NCBI GenBank assembly: GCA_016199805.1 | Contig: JACQGC010000005.1 | Coordinates: 6,019-70,018 of the forward strand | From: Candidatus Nomurabacteria bacterium | GTDB taxonomy: Bacteria > Patescibacteriota > Minisyncoccia > Phycocordibacterales > UBA9973 | Direction of reading: 5' to 3' | Length of the DNA: 64,000 nucleotides | Notes under the pieces: generated by a model | What the model was told of the DNA's origin: nothing | Seen by the model: the letters and a program-made list of their open reading frames with translations, nothing else | Database searches by the model: none | Made by a program: the position numbers and the translations under genes | Shown: piece by piece, positions 61,708 through 64,000 of the stretch | Position numbering within the stretch: position 1 is the first letter of the stretch | Layout of the letters: every line of letters starts with the position of its first letter

Positions 61708-62037
61708 TTATCCGAGCATAGGAAAATGAAGTGTAGCTGCTCTCAAGCCAAAATAAACTAGCAAGATGAATGGTATGTTGATAACTAATATAGCTATCAA
61801 ATATTTCATTCCTCTTCTATCAGAATAAAAACTAGCAATTGATACTAAAATAGCAACCGGGGAAAAACAAATTCCAACAAGAATACCCCAGGGCATGATG
61901 TCTCCTACAAAGTAATTAATAAAATTACCAATATTTATATTGCCGGGAGTGGGAGCAATAATGATAAGGGCGCTCGCTCCAATTAATATTAACAGGGATA
62001 AATAAAACACAAATCTTACAACCTTATTTGTTTCCAT
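61708..62037 (-). CDS. Small hypothetical integral membrane protein.
   Basis: It has three predicted TM helices. Confidence 0.4.
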   Translation of the reverse strand: METNKVVRFVFYLSLLILIGASALIIIAPTPGNINIGNFINYFVGDIMPWGILVGICFSPVAILVSIASFYSDRRGMKYLIAILVINIPFILLVYFGLRAATLHFPMLG

Positions 62038-62039
62038 TA

Positions 62040-63983
62040 CTAATTTAAGTTATCTAGTAATTTATTTAACATATCTAACAATAATTGCGCATCTATTTTT
62101 GACAGCTTTTTAGGTTTTAGATGTTTTGGGTCCGGTTTAGCTAGTTTATTTTCCAAAACTGACTTGAATTTATCTACCTTCAACTTTGCTTTATCTATCT
62201 TCCCCTTCTGAATTGATTTTATTATATTGTCAATCCTTTTATCAAAAGCTTTGATTTTTGCTTGAGTCAAATCCAAGGAATCTATCGTTGCTTTCATGAT
62301 CTGCAAGTATATAACAGGGTCAAAATTTGCGCTTGGAGCTATGGTAAAATCAGTCACTCCGTCACCCGTAACATCTAATGCCAACTGTGGTGTTCCTGTA
62401 GTTTGGTTAAGGGTTATTTCTGCTTGTGTTTGTGTGGTTACGGGAATGTTCACAAAGGATGATGTCGTTGTCTGACCACTCGGAGCTATTGCCTGAGAAT
62501 TAAATGTAAAAGTTCCAATATCTGTACCCTGAAGTACTGTTTTTTGAATTTTATTCTGGCTGAGATTTACATATTTACCTTCTCCAAATTCAAGGTATGT
62601 GCTACCAGGGATACCTTCCTTAATAACGCAATTGCCTGTTACATCATCACAAACTTTTCCGGTAAAATTACCTTGCGTGTCATACACCCCTAGAGAAACT
62701 GGTGAATGAACACTTTGAACCAGAATAATATCTGACTGAAGTGGTTCCGTGTCTGTGATATTTGAAAGGGTAGATGATTTTTGTTCAACTACATTATCAA
62801 TAAACGACAACAGTTGCGGGTCTTCAAAAATATGGCCATGGTCCAGTGTCGACTGACTCAAGTCAAGCCAATATTTTGTACCTTGACCATATATTGCGCT
62901 TTGACTAACCACTGTTTCATCTCCACGTATACTTGTTATTGGTTGAAGATCATCAGCAATATATGTCATTCCAACTATGGTTGACCTACCCCACCCAGCA
63001 ATGTTTATAACATTGATTGATGACGGGAAAGTCATATTATCTATTGAATTATGAAGATTTTCTGCTTGAGTTAATAATACACTGTTTCCTATCGCAGGAG
63101 AAATTAAATCTGAATCTACTGGTTGTGTTCTACCCTCTTGTCCTAAAAGAAAATTATGTTCTTCTTGATAAGAATCTATACTAGGTCCATAAGCTGTAGT
63201 GTATATTTGCTCTGATGGGTCAAAAACTGCTGGATAATTAATTCCTGGTAAATCAAAATATTTCTGGGAAGGCAAAAGCCCATATGCAGATGCCATATTT
63301 TGCGCTAACTTGCGAGCATGAATTTTATCCATGAATGTAAGAAAATAATATGAAAGATCTTGATTGTACCCATGAAGAAGACCTGATAAGGCTTCTGGTG
63401 TACCCAGTTGTGGTACAGCCACCATGATAAGATTATCTATATGATCCACTAAATCACTTTGTCCAGCGGACTTCATATCTTCCAGTTTTTTTATTAGTGC
63501 TTTTGCTAAGAGTCCACCATTGCTGTGGGTAATTATTGTTACTTTGCCTGTCTTGGACGTGTTAATTAAATGCTGGAGTGTACCAATGAGAGTTAAAATT
63601 TGACCATCATTATATTTAGTACCGTTTTGAACTAAATCATTGACTCCTTGTCGCCAGTCATAAGCGAAAGGTTCCCAATCTGAAATTTTGTTTGTTGATT
63701 TTAAATTGTTTAACTCTGCGATTAGACTCTTGTATACATCCGGACCAGATACTGACAAAACATTAGTAGTTCCAATAATATCCCTGGTATATATATTCGG
63801 ATCAATGGAAGACCCGTTTGTGTTTAAATATAAATTTTCTACGTCACTATTTGAACTGGGTTCCCAAAACTTATATTCTGCCGTCATATCTGCAATAGTT
63901 TCCGATTTATATAATCTGCTTGCTTCAATTCCCGGCAGGAAAAGAACATTTGAGAAACAATCAACAGTGCAAGATGGTGTCAC
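62040..63983 (-). CDS. Secreted alpha/beta-hydrolase (lipase/PGAP1-like) with a long C-terminal beta and coiled region.
   Basis: ITHSNGG is a GxSxG-like nucleophile elbow (G replaced by T). It has a Cys-containing N-terminus and a Lys-rich C-terminal helix. Confidence 0.5.
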   Translation of the reverse strand: MTPSCTVDCFSNVLFLPGIEASRLYKSETIADMTAEYKFWEPSSNSDVENLYLNTNGSSIDPNIYTRDIIGTTNVLSVSGPDVYKSLIAELNNLKSTNKISDWEPFAYDWRQGVNDLVQNGTKYNDGQILTLIGTLQHLINTSKTGKVTIITHSNGGLLAKALIKKLEDMKSAGQSDLVDHIDNLIMVAVPQLGTPEALSGLLHGYNQDLSYYFLTFMDKIHARKLAQNMASAYGLLPSQKYFDLPGINYPAVFDPSEQIYTTAYGPSIDSYQEEHNFLLGQEGRTQPVDSDLISPAIGNSVLLTQAENLHNSIDNMTFPSSINVINIAGWGRSTIVGMTYIADDLQPITSIRGDETVVSQSAIYGQGTKYWLDLSQSTLDHGHIFEDPQLLSFIDNVVEQKSSTLSNITDTEPLQSDIILVQSVHSPVSLGVYDTQGNFTGKVCDDVTGNCVIKEGIPGSTYLEFGEGKYVNLSQNKIQKTVLQGTDIGTFTFNSQAIAPSGQTTTSSFVNIPVTTQTQAEITLNQTTGTPQLALDVTGDGVTDFTIAPSANFDPVIYLQIMKATIDSLDLTQAKIKAFDKRIDNIIKSIQKGKIDKAKLKVDKFKSVLENKLAKPDPKHLKPKKLSKIDAQLLLDMLNKLLDNLN

Positions 63984-64000
63984 GGTAACAATATATTCTT

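Overview
This is an AT-rich (about 40% GC), gene-dense window. Nearly all genes lie on the minus strand. The gene content looks like a small-genome bacterium of the Patescibacteria/CPR type. I infer this from shortened housekeeping proteins, weak ribosome-binding sites, a type IV pilus cluster, cohesin/dockerin surface proteins and a giant surface protein. I could not check taxonomy directly.

The recognisable core genes are:
- rpoB and rpoC, plus rpoD and dnaG
- an rpsP, KH-domain, trmD operon
- rnr, smc (short form), rnc, rpmF, thrS, gyrB, pheT, pheS and ligA
- a RecB/AddA-like helicase-nuclease and a NusB-Nudix fusion
- pilD, a major pilin and several pseudopilins
- tRNA-Ser(GGA) and a partial tRNA at the 5' edge
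- a RelE/DinJ toxin-antitoxin pair

The accessory highlight is a complete diversity-generating retroelement (DGR) at 15.3-18.2 kb. It has a DGR-type reverse transcriptase carrying the IGNLTSQ motif. It has an Avd-like four-helix-bundle gene on the opposite strand. It has a 129-bp template repeat (TR) and a 129-bp variable repeat (VR) at the 3' end of a GC-rich target gene. TR and VR differ at 18 positions, and every difference falls on a TR adenine.

Other things worth a second look:
- short GC-rich palindromic elements inserted in-frame into ligA (twice), pheT and the major pilin leader, the last with an 8-bp target-site duplication
- a conserved ~76-nt leader element immediately upstream of the rpsP and gyrB start codons
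- a recurring AAAGTTATAAAGT intergenic motif upstream of several genes
- a cohesin/dockerin surface-protein cluster
- two GC-rich compositional islands

No CRISPR array or rRNA was seen.
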